From assembly GCF_009914755.1 (NCBI RefSeq), contig NC_060929.1: DNA of 64,000 nt; one strand, written 5' to 3'. This stretch comes from the human T2T-CHM13v2.0 reference genome, Homo sapiens. Numbering within the stretch: position 1 is the stretch's first letter; every line of letters begins with the position of its first letter. Positions 53,291 through 64,000 of the stretch are shown one piece after another. The position numbers and the translations under genes are program-made. The notes beneath the pieces were generated by a model that did not search any database, was not told the origin of the DNA, and worked only from the letters and a program-made list of their open reading frames with translations.

Positions 53291-53934
53291 AAAACAGGGC
53301 AGTTATCATAATTTTCACTTCATAGAGTATGAAATAGAAGCTCAAGAGAGAGGGCAGGGTGGGAAAATTCAAGACTCCTATTCAACGGCTCCCTCCATTC
53401 CATTCTACTGCCTAACTTCTTTCAGTAATTCATTACAGTAACTCATTACAGGAAAGAGTTGACACACTCATTGCTAACTTTACTGACTTTAAACATTTCC
53501 ACTTTGGAGACAATGAAGTTGTCTTCCACAAGGCTACCAAGGGAGATAATCTATATTATTTTAGCAAGGTAAAGATTATTCACATGCATATGCACACACA
53601 CATACTCTATAAAAGGCCACGGTAGGTGCTTTAGATTTGGGCAGAAGATCTCCCTATAGGGTCTGTCCAAGATGCAGCCTGGTTCTTGTTGAAGCCCTCA
53701 CTCTCCAGGGGACAGCTGAACTAAGTCAATGGACAGCCTCGGCCTCCTCAGTCTTGTCCCCCTGATTTTGGTCATCTGCATGACAGCTCTCTGGTGGCCT
53801 GTGACTAATCACAAACAAACTCTCCACCCAGCTGACTGACCTGCCTAGGGCCCAGTTCATTCTCAGTGAGTCACTAAACAGAGTTCACAAAGAGAAAGTC
53901 CATAGCCCAAATCCTGCTCCTTGAAGGGTTTTGA

Positions 53935-53956
53935 CACAGACACACACACACACACA

Positions 53957-53987
<31 letters not shown>

Positions 53988-53989
53988 CA
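53935..53989. repeat. Interrupted (CA)n microsatellite
   Basis: CA run with a single-base interruption. Confidence 0.92.
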
Positions 53990-54281
53990 TTATTTGAACT
54001 ACATTCACACATTGAAAATTTTTACTTAAAAAGGGTAGATTTCAAGATTCACATTAAAAAATTCCAAAAGGCTGTCAACATTATTTGCATTCCCACACAA
54101 GGACACAAGCTGAATCTGAGTGGTGTCTACAGGGTTCAGGCAGGGCACATTTACTTCGTTCACCGTATTTCCTGATCTGTCCTCCTTTACTCACTTCTGC
54201 CACGTACCTGGCTGTGTTTTCAACCCCTGCCCTAACCTTCCTACAACCTGTTATTGTTGGCTAAGCCAACTGAGATGCCAC

Positions 54282-54299
54282 CTTGCCCTCCAGTGGCCG
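54282..54299 (-). promoter_or_regulatory. Candidate CTCF motif
   Basis: The reverse complement CGGCCACTGGAGGGCAAG is close to the CTCF consensus. Motif match only. Confidence 0.3.
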
Positions 54300-54664
54300 T
54301 GTCTGGAAGCAGCCTGGGTCCAGCTAGGTTTCCATCTTAGCCTCCAGTTCCTCCATAAATAAAATGGCACTGCTGTGAGACTTTTTAATTTTCTCTTATC
54401 CTTGTTAAATCTTCCAAGTCCTCTGTAGAAAATAGGAATTATTTATTTAAATCAGAAAAATAAGTTAATAAATGCTCTTGTGAAAGTAAAGCTTCCGTGT
54501 CCTGCGTGGGGGGCAGGAATTTGGGGAGGCTGTATGGTGGAATCAGCTAGGCACTGGAGGAGGTGTCAGAAGATTGGGACACTCTGTGATCTTTTATACT
54601 TTTATTTCTGTCTCTTGACCTTGGTTTCCCTGTCTATCAAATAAGGAAGCCGTGTGTGCTAGAT

Positions 54665-54955
54665 CAGAAGTTATAAACTGGTGGCCCCATAGTCCGTATC
54701 CAGCTAATAGACGGTATTATTCCCCCTTATTAATTAGATGCCAACAGCTAAGAAGAACGTTTCAATTAACAATCCAGATTACAGACTTGTTGGAACTGTC
54801 TAGCAACAATCACTAATGGTCCAGTGATGGTTAGATGGGGTAAAGTTTTGCCCCTGTCCTCATCTACTTCCTAGAGGTCATACATTCACCTTCACCACCT
54901 GTTTTATTTGTTACATTCCCCTTGCCATTATAGGCATTTGCTTTTCCTACTCTCC
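54665..54955 (+). mobile_element. MER102-like hAT MITE
   Basis: cagaagttataaactggtggcccc..aattagatgccaaca..aatccagatt..tataggcatttg. Confidence 0.6.
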
Positions 54956-56103
54956 AGTGAGATGACCTCTAGAAACCCTTTAGCCCTCATTTCTGTGAGT
55001 AGAGGCTGGTGCTCTGAGAGTTAGAGACAGACAGTCTGGAGAAGAGGAAAATGTTCTGAGCAAAAAGCTCACCCTGGGACATTCCAGTAAACCTTAATGA
55101 ATTGCTCCTCCTCCCCACTTGGCCAACAGTTGAAACAGCAAGACGCCCAGGCCTTTGTGAAGGTCCCACTACATGGTTAAACCTAAAAAGGCAACAGCGG
55201 ATTTTGAAAGTAGAAATATTCTTCCGTTGGGGTTGCTAGCTGAGTCTCTAAGTAATTTGCAATTCAAGTGTCTCTTTGTTTTGTATGAAAATTTGCTGCT
55301 ATCTGGAAAGTGGGGAAGAGCTAAATTGCATCCTGCTGGTTTTACTTTGGCTGTATCAAAAAAGAAACTGTTAATCTGGTTCCATAATTAACTTTCCTGT
55401 TCTAAAAAGGCCCTGGGAGAGAGTCCAGAGGGTGGCTGTCAACTCCCTGCCTCTCTTCTCAATAACTCCTTTCAATAGAATGCCCTGAAAGGAGAATGAT
55501 TCCAGGTGGGGATTGGTCTTGGTTTTCTAATTTTTCTTCTCCTTTATCACCATCCAACCACTATTTAGTGAATAGCTACAGTGGGTAAGGCACTGTGCTG
55601 ACTAGTTGTGTGCCTAAGGATAAATAAATCCCTGTGGAGCTGCCAGAGAACATAAGTAAGTTAACTTTCTATCCATCCACCATCCATCCATCCACTCATT
55701 CATCCAAAATGAATGAGCAGATGAATATAGAAACAGTTAGGTTTCTATATTATGGCAGACACTGTGCTAGGCATCGGTATGTGATACATACAAAGATGGC
55801 TTAATCGACATTCAAAAATTCTAAAGTGGAGAGATGAATTCTGACTAGGGCCTCAATAGTTGGCTTCATGGAGAAGATAGCATTTACATTTACTTTGGCC
55901 CCTTGATATTTATGTGCATGCATACATGAGTGCACACACCTCATGTACATGCACCCATACATGTGGATGAAATGCTGGTGAGACAGGCCAATTGATTCAA
56001 GTAGAGGCATGTAGGCTGGGAATTCAGTTTGACCATCACCGGGAGACCCCTTTAGCAGTAGAAGTGGGTTTGAACTAACATTAAGTGCTAACAAATTTGA
56101 GTA

Positions 56104-56451
56104 CAGCCATGCAACAAGGGATATGTTCTAAGAAATGCATCATTAGGTGATTTTTTTATTGTGTAAACACCATAGAGTGAACTTACACAAACCCAGATGG
56201 TAAAGCCTACTCTACGCCTAGGCTGTATGGTCTAACCTACTGTGACTAGACTACAAACCTGTACAGCATGTTACTTTACTAAATACTGTAGGTCATTGTA
56301 ACAAAATAGTAAGTAGTGTATCTAAACATAGAAAAGTTACAATAAAAACATAGATAAGGTACAATAAAAATATGGTAGTAAAATCTTATGGGACCACTAT
56401 TGTATCTGTGGTCTGCTGTTGACCGAAATGTCATTTTGTGGCACATGACTG
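56104..56451 (+). mobile_element. Tigger3a-type MITE inserted in a MIR
   Basis: ta|cagccatgc..acatgactg|ta with a TA TSD. Internal acttacacaaacccagatggt..caaacctgtacagcatgttact..tcttatgggaccac. Confidence 0.9.
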
Positions 56452-57545
56452 TACTGCTAGGCACTGTGCTAAGCACTTTGCATCTATTATCTTAATGAAA
56501 TTTCACAATGCCAAGCGTAATTATTGGCTACAGATTACAGACAGGAAACAGACTCAAGGAAGTTCCCAGGGAACACATTGGCAGAATAGATAGTGGAGGT
56601 GAGACCTAGGTTCATGTCTCATTCTAAAGCACAAGGTTTAACTTCTAGGCAATATAGCCCAGCAGGGGGTTGGGGATGGGGAACCAAAGGAGGACTTAGG
56701 TATCTGTTAACCAATCAAGCAGTCATTCAATCAACAATGTATTCATTCATTCATGCAAATACTGTATATGTTTGCTGAGTATTCTGAAGATTGGGTGTAA
56801 AGAAAACAAAATAGGCAAATTCCTTATCCTCTTCGAGCTTCTGTCCCAGGGACCTAACACTGAAGCGCTTCCCTCCTCTACAGTGCACAAAGGAGAAAGT
56901 ACAATGAGGCCAGAGTTAATCTCCAAGTTGATCCCCCAGAGGACTACTCATTGGCTGACCTTTGCCTAGTTCCACCCAGACAATTTGGATGGTACCCTGT
57001 CACCTTATTTTCTTTAAAGGACATTTGTTTTATCTTTTCTCTTCTCTCTGAAATTACTGCCTTGGGTATGATACATGTATTTTCCAATCCTATCCTCAAT
57101 TGCAACTTGAAAAAAGTTTGTAAAGAAGTTGTTCTTTGCAACCCACTCAAGAAACCTAAGTAATTTTTCAGTGTTGATTAGGCTATTTTAGGTCTGGCTC
57201 TGAGGAAAGTTAGAGAGAAACCCTCGTCTTAACCCTGGTTCCCAGTTCACATCTACCTGAGAAAACTACTCCTAGAAGTCACCAAATTCTGCCTTAAACC
57301 TAACCCCTGAAACATCTATTAGGTGTCTTTTATGAGTTGGTGCACAACTCCCAAGATATATGAGGTATCGCTCAAAGACACTGCTTTATTCCTGAGAATT
57401 AGAACTGGGTAGGAGTCCTGACTGTCAGGGCTATATATAAGTATCAAGGAGAAATTACCCTTTGTGTTATTGCACCTGTAAATGAGGAGGACAGTTGAAA
57501 CAAGATCATAAGTTGACAAAAGGATGAGGTTGCCAAGGGAACCTT

Positions 57546-58160
57546 GTATTCTCTGGCAGAATAATGGCTCCCTGAAGATGCCCATGTCCTAATCCCCAGA
57601 CCTGGGGAATATGTTACATCACATGGCAAAGGGAACTCTGCAAGTGGAATTAAGGTTACAGAGTTTAAGATTCGGAGATGATGCTGGATCATCTGGGTTG
57701 GCCCAGTGTAATCACATGAGTCCTTTAAGGTGAAAGAGGCAGGCAGAAGCGCTGATGAGTTACACGATGATGAAAGAAGCAGGAGGAGAGATCTAAAGTG
57801 AGAGAGACTGGATCCACTGTTGTTGGTTTGAAGATGGAGGAAGGGGGTCATGAGCCAAGGAACCTGGGCAGCATCTAAAAGCTGGGAATAGACCTCAGGT
57901 GAAAGCAAGAAAGGAAATATGGGCCTGCAGTCCTACAACTGCCAAGGAACAAAATTCATCCAGCAACCTAAGTAAGAAAGAATATAAATTTTCCCCTAGC
58001 ACCTCTAGAAGGGAGCACAACTTTGCCAACATCTTGATTTTAGTCTAGTAGGACCCATGCTGGACTTCTGACTTACAGAACTGTAAGATAAATAAAGTTG
58101 TGTTGTTTTTAGCTTCTAAGTTTTTGGTAATATGTTAGGGCAGCAATAGGAAATTAATAT
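57546..58160 (+). mobile_element. MaLR solo LTR (MLT1E-like)
   Basis: ggcagaataatggc..catgtcctaatcccca..gaatatgttac..catggcaaagg..gacttctgacttacagaactgtaagataaataaag..gcagcaataggaaattaata. Confidence 0.9.
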
Positions 58161-58249
58161 GCTGACTATTGGTTGAATCTCTATTCATTGGTAAGTGTGA
58201 TCTAGGAGCAAGTGCGGCTTGAAACCTGCCTGTGCTCAGTAGGAATTGG

Positions 58250-58700
58250 TGTCATTAAACATGGCAGAAAACCCAAAATGACAGTGACTTGAACACCTAA
58301 AGTCATCCTTTTGGCTTCAAACAAGTCTGGAGATAGGCAGTCCAGGGCCTTCCACCATGGTGGTTCTATGGTGTCACCAGGAAAGAAGGATGATTCTGAC
58401 TTTCTGCTGTTACTTCCAGGGTTAGTGCTTATTCTTCTGATCCAAAATGGCCATCAGAGCTCTAGCCATCACACCTCAATTACAGGCAGCAGGATGAAGA
58501 AAGTGCAAAGGAAGCTGTTGCCTTAGGAATACTTCTCAGTAGCTGTTTATGATACTTGCACTTCTACCTCATTGGCCAAAACTTGGTCACGGGATCACAT
58601 ATGGCTCTATAGAAGGCTAAGGAGGACAATACACTCAACTAAAAGTTAGGATTCTTATCACTAAGGAAATAAGAGAATGGACTTGGAGAGAAAACTGACA
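58250..58700 (-). mobile_element. Old LTR (MLT1J-L/LTR33-like)
   Basis: cagaaaacccaaaatgacagtgactt..ggcagtccagggc..caaaatggc..gctctagccatcac..cattggccaaaacttggtcac. Confidence 0.55.
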
Positions 58701-59149
58701 GTATCAGCCTTCGTGTGGTCATTTTTGTGGGATTACTGGATGGTTCTCAAAGGGCCACAGCTATGAAAATGACTCTAGCTGGGATGAAAGCTTTTCCCTT
58801 CCCACTGACCAAAGGCTCTTCTCTCCCTCTTTACAGTCCTTTCTCCTAACTCCATTTTCCAGTCTACCTTAGTCCTATGCAGTGTTAAGGGCCCATTTCA
58901 AATCTTACCTCCTCCAATAAGTTTTCCTAAATTCTACTCAGAGGAAATAAATCCCCCCCTCCCTAAACTTTCATAAACTGGGTTCTATGTACCCCTTGTC
59001 ACACTCCATTTTATGTGGGCATTGCTACTGTATGTGAGCGTATTTACTGCCTTCTGGAATGCAGGCCATCCTTTTATTCACAGTTGTATTTCCCACAATG
59101 CCTCAAACACAGCATGAACTCAATATATGCGTGACATATCAGAGAATGT

Positions 59150-59615
59150 GATCTTGTTCCCCAGTATCCACATTGTTCCTTTTATTTTAGAAATAAACCC
59201 TCTTCCTGGATCTAAGTGTTATCTGGGTATGTTGGTTGTGCAGCTAGAGACTTCAGAGTCAAGTCTCTTTTGTGGTTACGTGGAACCATGTGACTATGTT
59301 AGGGCCACTGGAATATGAGCAGGCATGGTATTTGCAGGTTCTGAGTCACCTCTCTGAAGACAATTCTGCTTGCCAGGACTCTTTCCCCCACTTCTTTTCT
59401 CTTGGCTGAAAACAGTACAGCAGTCACCTTGGACCCAGAGATGGAACCCACATGTCAAGGATGGCAGAGCCAACCAGCCAGCTTGTGACTCAGGAATACC
59501 TGCTGCTGTCTACTTGCCCTAGATTGCCTACCCACCTTTGGATGTGAGGATACACACACTCTCTCTTCTAAGCTGCTTACTTAGTCTCCAGGGTAGCAGT
59601 TTACCTGTGCCTCAA
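59150..59615 (+). mobile_element. ERVL-type LTR (LTR33-like)
   Basis: cagctagagact..ccatgtgactatgttagggccactggaatatgagcag..cagcagtcaccttggacc..aggatggcagagc. Confidence 0.6.
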
Positions 59616-60323
59616 TTCATCCACATGATCAATGTAATTGGTCACTCTTGGCCTGTGGGTCGAAGTCTGGCTTCCCTTCTACCTGTCCTTTTCCAGGAGG
59701 GTGACGTTAACCCTAAAATGACATGACCTAAAACACTCAACTGAACACACACATGCCATGCTCTCAAAGCACTTCAGAGCACTTGATGGAGGTGTGGGTC
59801 AGGCTCTTGCATCCTGCTTAGCCAGGAGGGCTAAGGCAACAGGTTTGTGCCTAGCATTTTATTATTTCTGCTGGAGTCACTCTTGAAAATATTTTTAATC
59901 GGGAGTATGTTCAGAATTCTTAAATAATGTTTTGCACCAACATTTATTGTTGATTCATTCTTCTCAAACCCATCATTTTAGAAAATTGTCTTTTTGCTGC
60001 CTAAGTATTTTTGCCATTTGAAACTTTCTCTTCAAAGTTCCATTTTTTTTTTGCCATACTCTTTAGGAGCCTATTTAGACAATTCTGCTGAGCATTCATT
60101 TCCTAGCTGACTATTAACAATAAAATGCCTTGTGTCTGTATGTATTTTTATTTTAATATGTTCCAAAGCCTTTTACAATCGAATAGCACTTAATTATCAG
60201 AGAAGCCTGGCAAGTAATGCAACTTAAGCATTAGTATTTCCACTCTGTAGACCAACACTCTTCAACAATTGTGTGGTGTAACAGAATTTAACTATCCATT
60301 ATGAAGTATTTATATTGTAAATA

Positions 60324-60908
60324 CAGTCATACGCTAAATAACATCTTGATCAACAATGGATCGTGTATGCGATGGTAGTCCTGTAAGGTTACAATGGAGT
60401 GAAAAATTTCTGTCACCTAGTGCCGACATCATGGCTGTCACAACATTGTATTGCAATTACTTTATTTGTTTAGAAACTTAGTGTAGCCTAAGTGTATGGT
60501 ATTTATAAAGTCAACAGTAGTACACAGTAATGTTCTAGGCCTTCACATTCACTCACCACTCATTCACTGACTCACCTGGAGCAATTTCTAGTCTTGTAAG
60601 CTCCATTCATGGTAAGCACCCTAATGCAAGTGTACCATTAAAAATGTTTTTTCATAGTATCTTTTCACTGTATTTTTTCTGTATTTAGATACACAAATAC
60701 CATTGTCTTACAATTACCTACAGTATTCAATAGAGGAACATGCTGTACAGGCTTGTAGCCTAGGAGCACTACGCTGTACTATATAGCCTAGGTGTCTAGT
60801 AAACTATACCATCTAGGTTTGTGTAAGTACACTCTGTGATGTTAGTACAGGATAAATTGTCTAAAAACATATTTCTCAGAATGTTTCCCTGTCATTGACA
60901 TGTGACTG
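60324..60908 (-). mobile_element. Tigger3-derived MITE (Tigger3c-like)
   Basis: ta|cagtcat..gtgactg|ta. Internal ctaggccttcacattcactcaccactca, catgctgtacaggcttgtagcctaggagc and ccatctaggtttgtgtaagtacactct. Confidence 0.88.
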
Positions 60909-61104
60909 TAATTTTTTTATGGTAATAAAATGTCATTCTTTTAATGTATCCCACACATATAATTGACAGTTTTTGAGGAGCTAATATGTCCTAGGAACTG
61001 TCCTCAGCATGAGGAACACAGTAATGAATTAGACAGACAATGTTGCTGCTTGTAAGGATCAGGGGAGCAGTTAATGAATTGCTGCATTTTGAGCAGGATG
61101 GTGA

Positions 61105-61450
61105 ATGTCTACTGCCTTGTCTGTCCTGCATCCCCTGTTTCCTCTGGACAACTGATTTCCTGCTGCTCCAATCATGTGATTCTGATGGGGCTGCTGACCA
61201 CAGCGGAAGGTAGGCAATCCAGGTCCGGCTTTTCTTAGAATTGCATTCCTCTGGCCACAGTGATTGTTTCAAGTGAAGTCACTTGACTTAAACCAAAGCC
61301 AATCAAAGTCTTTTTAGGGATTTAGAATTTAGAAAACAGGAGAAGATAGAAGTTCTTTGATTTGTCATCACTGGGCTGGGATGAGATAATCCTGGAGTAA
61401 ACTGCGGTGGTACATTTTGGCACATGGAGGAAGCCTTTTTGCAATAGAGG
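61105..61450 (+). mobile_element. LTR16-like ERVL LTR fragment
   Basis: catgtgattctgatggggctg..cctctggccacagtgattg..aagccaatcaaagtc. Confidence 0.5.
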
Positions 61451-61459
61451 AAGCCTCAC

Positions 61460-61880
61460 TTTTCCCACCCAGTTGTAAGTTCTGGCTACGTGGGTCTTCT
61501 GACTATTCTAAAAACATCAAACTCCTTGCCTCTTAAGGCATTTTGTTTGGAATGAAATGCCTTCTCCAGCCTCTTTGCCCAATGGATTCCTTCAAGTCTC
61601 ATCTAAATTTCACAGACCTTTTCTTATTCCTCTACTTAAAGTAGTATCATTGCCAATATACTCTCTCATAGCACAATGTTTATTTCATTAATAGCAATTT
61701 CCAAATTTCAAAATAGCACTCTTTATTGTTATTGTTGTTGTCTGTTTCCTCCATATTGTATTATATTCCACAAATGCAAGAAATGCATTTGTCTCACTTA
61801 TTTATTGTCTCCCCAGCACTATGCACACTGCCTGGCAGAGTACCCTTAATATTTGTTGAATGAATAAGTGAAAGAATGTG
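61460..61880 (+). mobile_element. L2 LINE 3' end
   Basis: ttccttcaagtctcatctaaat..tctccccagcactatgcacactgcctggcagag..aatatttgttgaatgaataagtgaa. Confidence 0.8.
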
Positions 61881-62339
61881 TAAAAAGATAAATGCTTCTC
61901 ACTGACTGTAAGGTTGGAGGTCCATGATAAATGGAAATTATCCTTCCATTTCAGCATTGGTATGGTACACAAGCTATTTCATTTATCTTTTTACAAACCA
62001 TCTTTTCAAAAAAAATCCTTAATCAAAAGAAAAAGAATATCTTGAGCTGAGTCTCAAACAGGATATCTCAATTGCAAAATATCTTTCTTAAAGTTTCACA
62101 GCTACCTAGACAAGAATATCTTCCCAACATTATAGGAAATTCCCACATTATCATGCATATGGGTAAAACCATTGAAGACTGGAGTAGAGAGAACTCTTGA
62201 CTCAGATTGGTGTCTACTGTACTCTCTTGGGTAAGTCATTTCCCATCTCTGTCCTAAGGTTTCTGTACCTGGCCCCTTTGTTTTCTAGCACTGAGACTTG
62301 CAGCAATTCACTCATTTCTGAGCTCCAGGATAGTCACAA

Positions 62340-62799
62340 TGAATAGGGGTGAGAATAGTGGCCCCTAAAGAGATATGTCCATGTGCCAATCTTTGGAACC
62401 TATGAATTTTTTTTTTTTTAATTTGGGAAAAGGGTCTTTGCAGATGTGATTAACTTCAGGCTTTTGAGTTGAGAGGATCATCCTAGATTATTCAGGTGGG
62501 TCCTAAATCCAATGACAAGTGTCCTTATAAGAGAAAGGCAGAGGGAGATTTGAGATCCAGTAAAAGGCAACGCGACCACAGAAACAGAGACTGATGTGAT
62601 GTGGTCACAACTCAAGGAATGCCAGCAGCCACCAGAAGCTAGAAGAGTCAAATAATGGATTCTCCCCTACAGCCCCCAGAGGAAGCATGGCTCTGTGAGA
62701 TTTTAGACTTCTGGCAAGCAGAAATGTAAGAGAATGCATTTCTGTTGTTTTAGCCAACAAGTTTGTGGTAATTTATATGGCAGCCCTAGAAAATAAACA
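62340..62799 (+). mobile_element. MaLR solo LTR (MLT1C-like)
   Basis: aaagggtctttgcagatgtgatta..ctaaatccaatgacaagtgtccttataagaga..caaggaatgccagcagccaccagaagct..tttctgttgttttagcc..gcagccctagaaaataaaca. Confidence 0.92.
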
Positions 62800-64000
62800 C
62801 AGTCCTCACTTGTACTACAGGTGTGACTGGGGGTCATCCTGCCCCCTGAGTTCAGACCCCACGTTGAGGCCAGGCTTTACTGTCACCACATTTAGTGACC
62901 TCACCACACCAACTCTAAGAACTTTAACAATTGATGTATATTTAGAGTAAAAACAGATATGGAGGACACCCTTATGTATATCATACCACAAAGCATTCTT
63001 AAGAATTTACCATTCACATTCCATTCTCCATGGCCACCGCTACTTCTCCCTCTTTCCCTGAGAACTCTCTTTTCCAGCTATCCACATCTTCCTTGTCTCC
63101 ATCACCCTCTCCAAGTCCCTTTAGCCAATACATCAGCAAGTATTTAAAAAGGGCTCAATCTTGTCCAAGAAGCTATGGAGAGTTCCACTTACTACGAACG
63201 TTGTGAAAACATTAACATTGATAATAGTAGTAGGAAGGGTAACAGTAGCTGACAGTAACTGGTTGTGTGCAAGTAGCAGCCACTGTGCTAAGCACTTTCT
63301 TTGTATTCTATCTCTCAACCTTCAAAAATAGTGCCTTCTAAATGAGTTCTTTCCCAGATGCATTCAGGGTACAAGGCCCATCACATCCCTAGGACCCCCA
63401 GCGGTAGTATTGTCTTGCTACACATTTACAAGCTGGTCGCGCCCTTCCAAAGGATCTCATTCCTCCAGGAGGGCATTTGATTCTAATCAGCAAATTGCAG
63501 AGAAAAGTTTCCTTTTAATATTTGTTGCACCACAACTGATTCCCTTCCCCTCTGACGTCTTGTCTATTATAGACTCTTATGGGAAGGGAGGATCTTGAGA
63601 GTGGACTCCTCACACAGGTACCTCCCACCTGCACTTGGAGGACAAGAAGGGAATCCAGAGGAGGGGGAGGAAAGGGAGAAAAGGTGGCTCTTCCAAGCCA
63701 GCTGTCTGTTAGAGAAACAAATTGAGTGCAGTTTGCCCCAGGAATATCAGGATTTTCTTTAACCTGGAGCTTAAACGGCAATCTTCTTAGGGTGGGAACT
63801 GTAGGGAAGGAGGCAGGAATCTAGAGAAAACTTCCACATACAGTCTGTTCCAGCTGCTTGGGGGCACCCAAGGGTGGACAGCAAAATCTCCCCCTGAGTT
63901 GTCAGGGGGTTTCAGAACTCACTAATCACATCTAGTTTCAAAGCCTGTGGAGAAACCAGGGCCCAGGAACCCCTGGCTGGGAAAGGCATCCTTGGCTGCA

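Noticed and set aside
57444-57908. 154-aa minus-strand ORF
   Set aside because: Lies mostly antisense within an MLT1E LTR.

Overview
This is repeat-rich primate genomic DNA, most likely human (an Alu carries 4 of 5 AluYa5 diagnostic bases). It looks intronic or intergenic. I found no credible protein-coding gene, RNA gene, CRISPR array or CpG island. Every ORF I could recognise is a fragment of a dead L1 ORF1/ORF2 or an Alu/MER/LTR read-through. Main contents: nested old L1s (1-6.5 kb), a five-element nest (21.7-24.1 kb), a ~6.1-kb decayed L1PB-type element with TSDs (27.5-33.6 kb), five Alus plus one Alu monomer, MaLR/ERVL solo LTRs, hAT and Tigger MITEs, and many MIR/L2/CR1 relics. I did not find a new biological system. 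The most unusual observations are structural: a 250-bp local duplication with a sharp 76-bp block of perfect identity, a perfect 80-bp spacerless palindrome, a ~96-bp dispersed duplicate, and a young AluYa-lineage insertion whose TSD seeded a microsatellite. There are also a few strong TF motifs and speculative micro-exons. Subfamily names and the edges of old repeats come from by-eye recognition of consensus sequences and are approximate.
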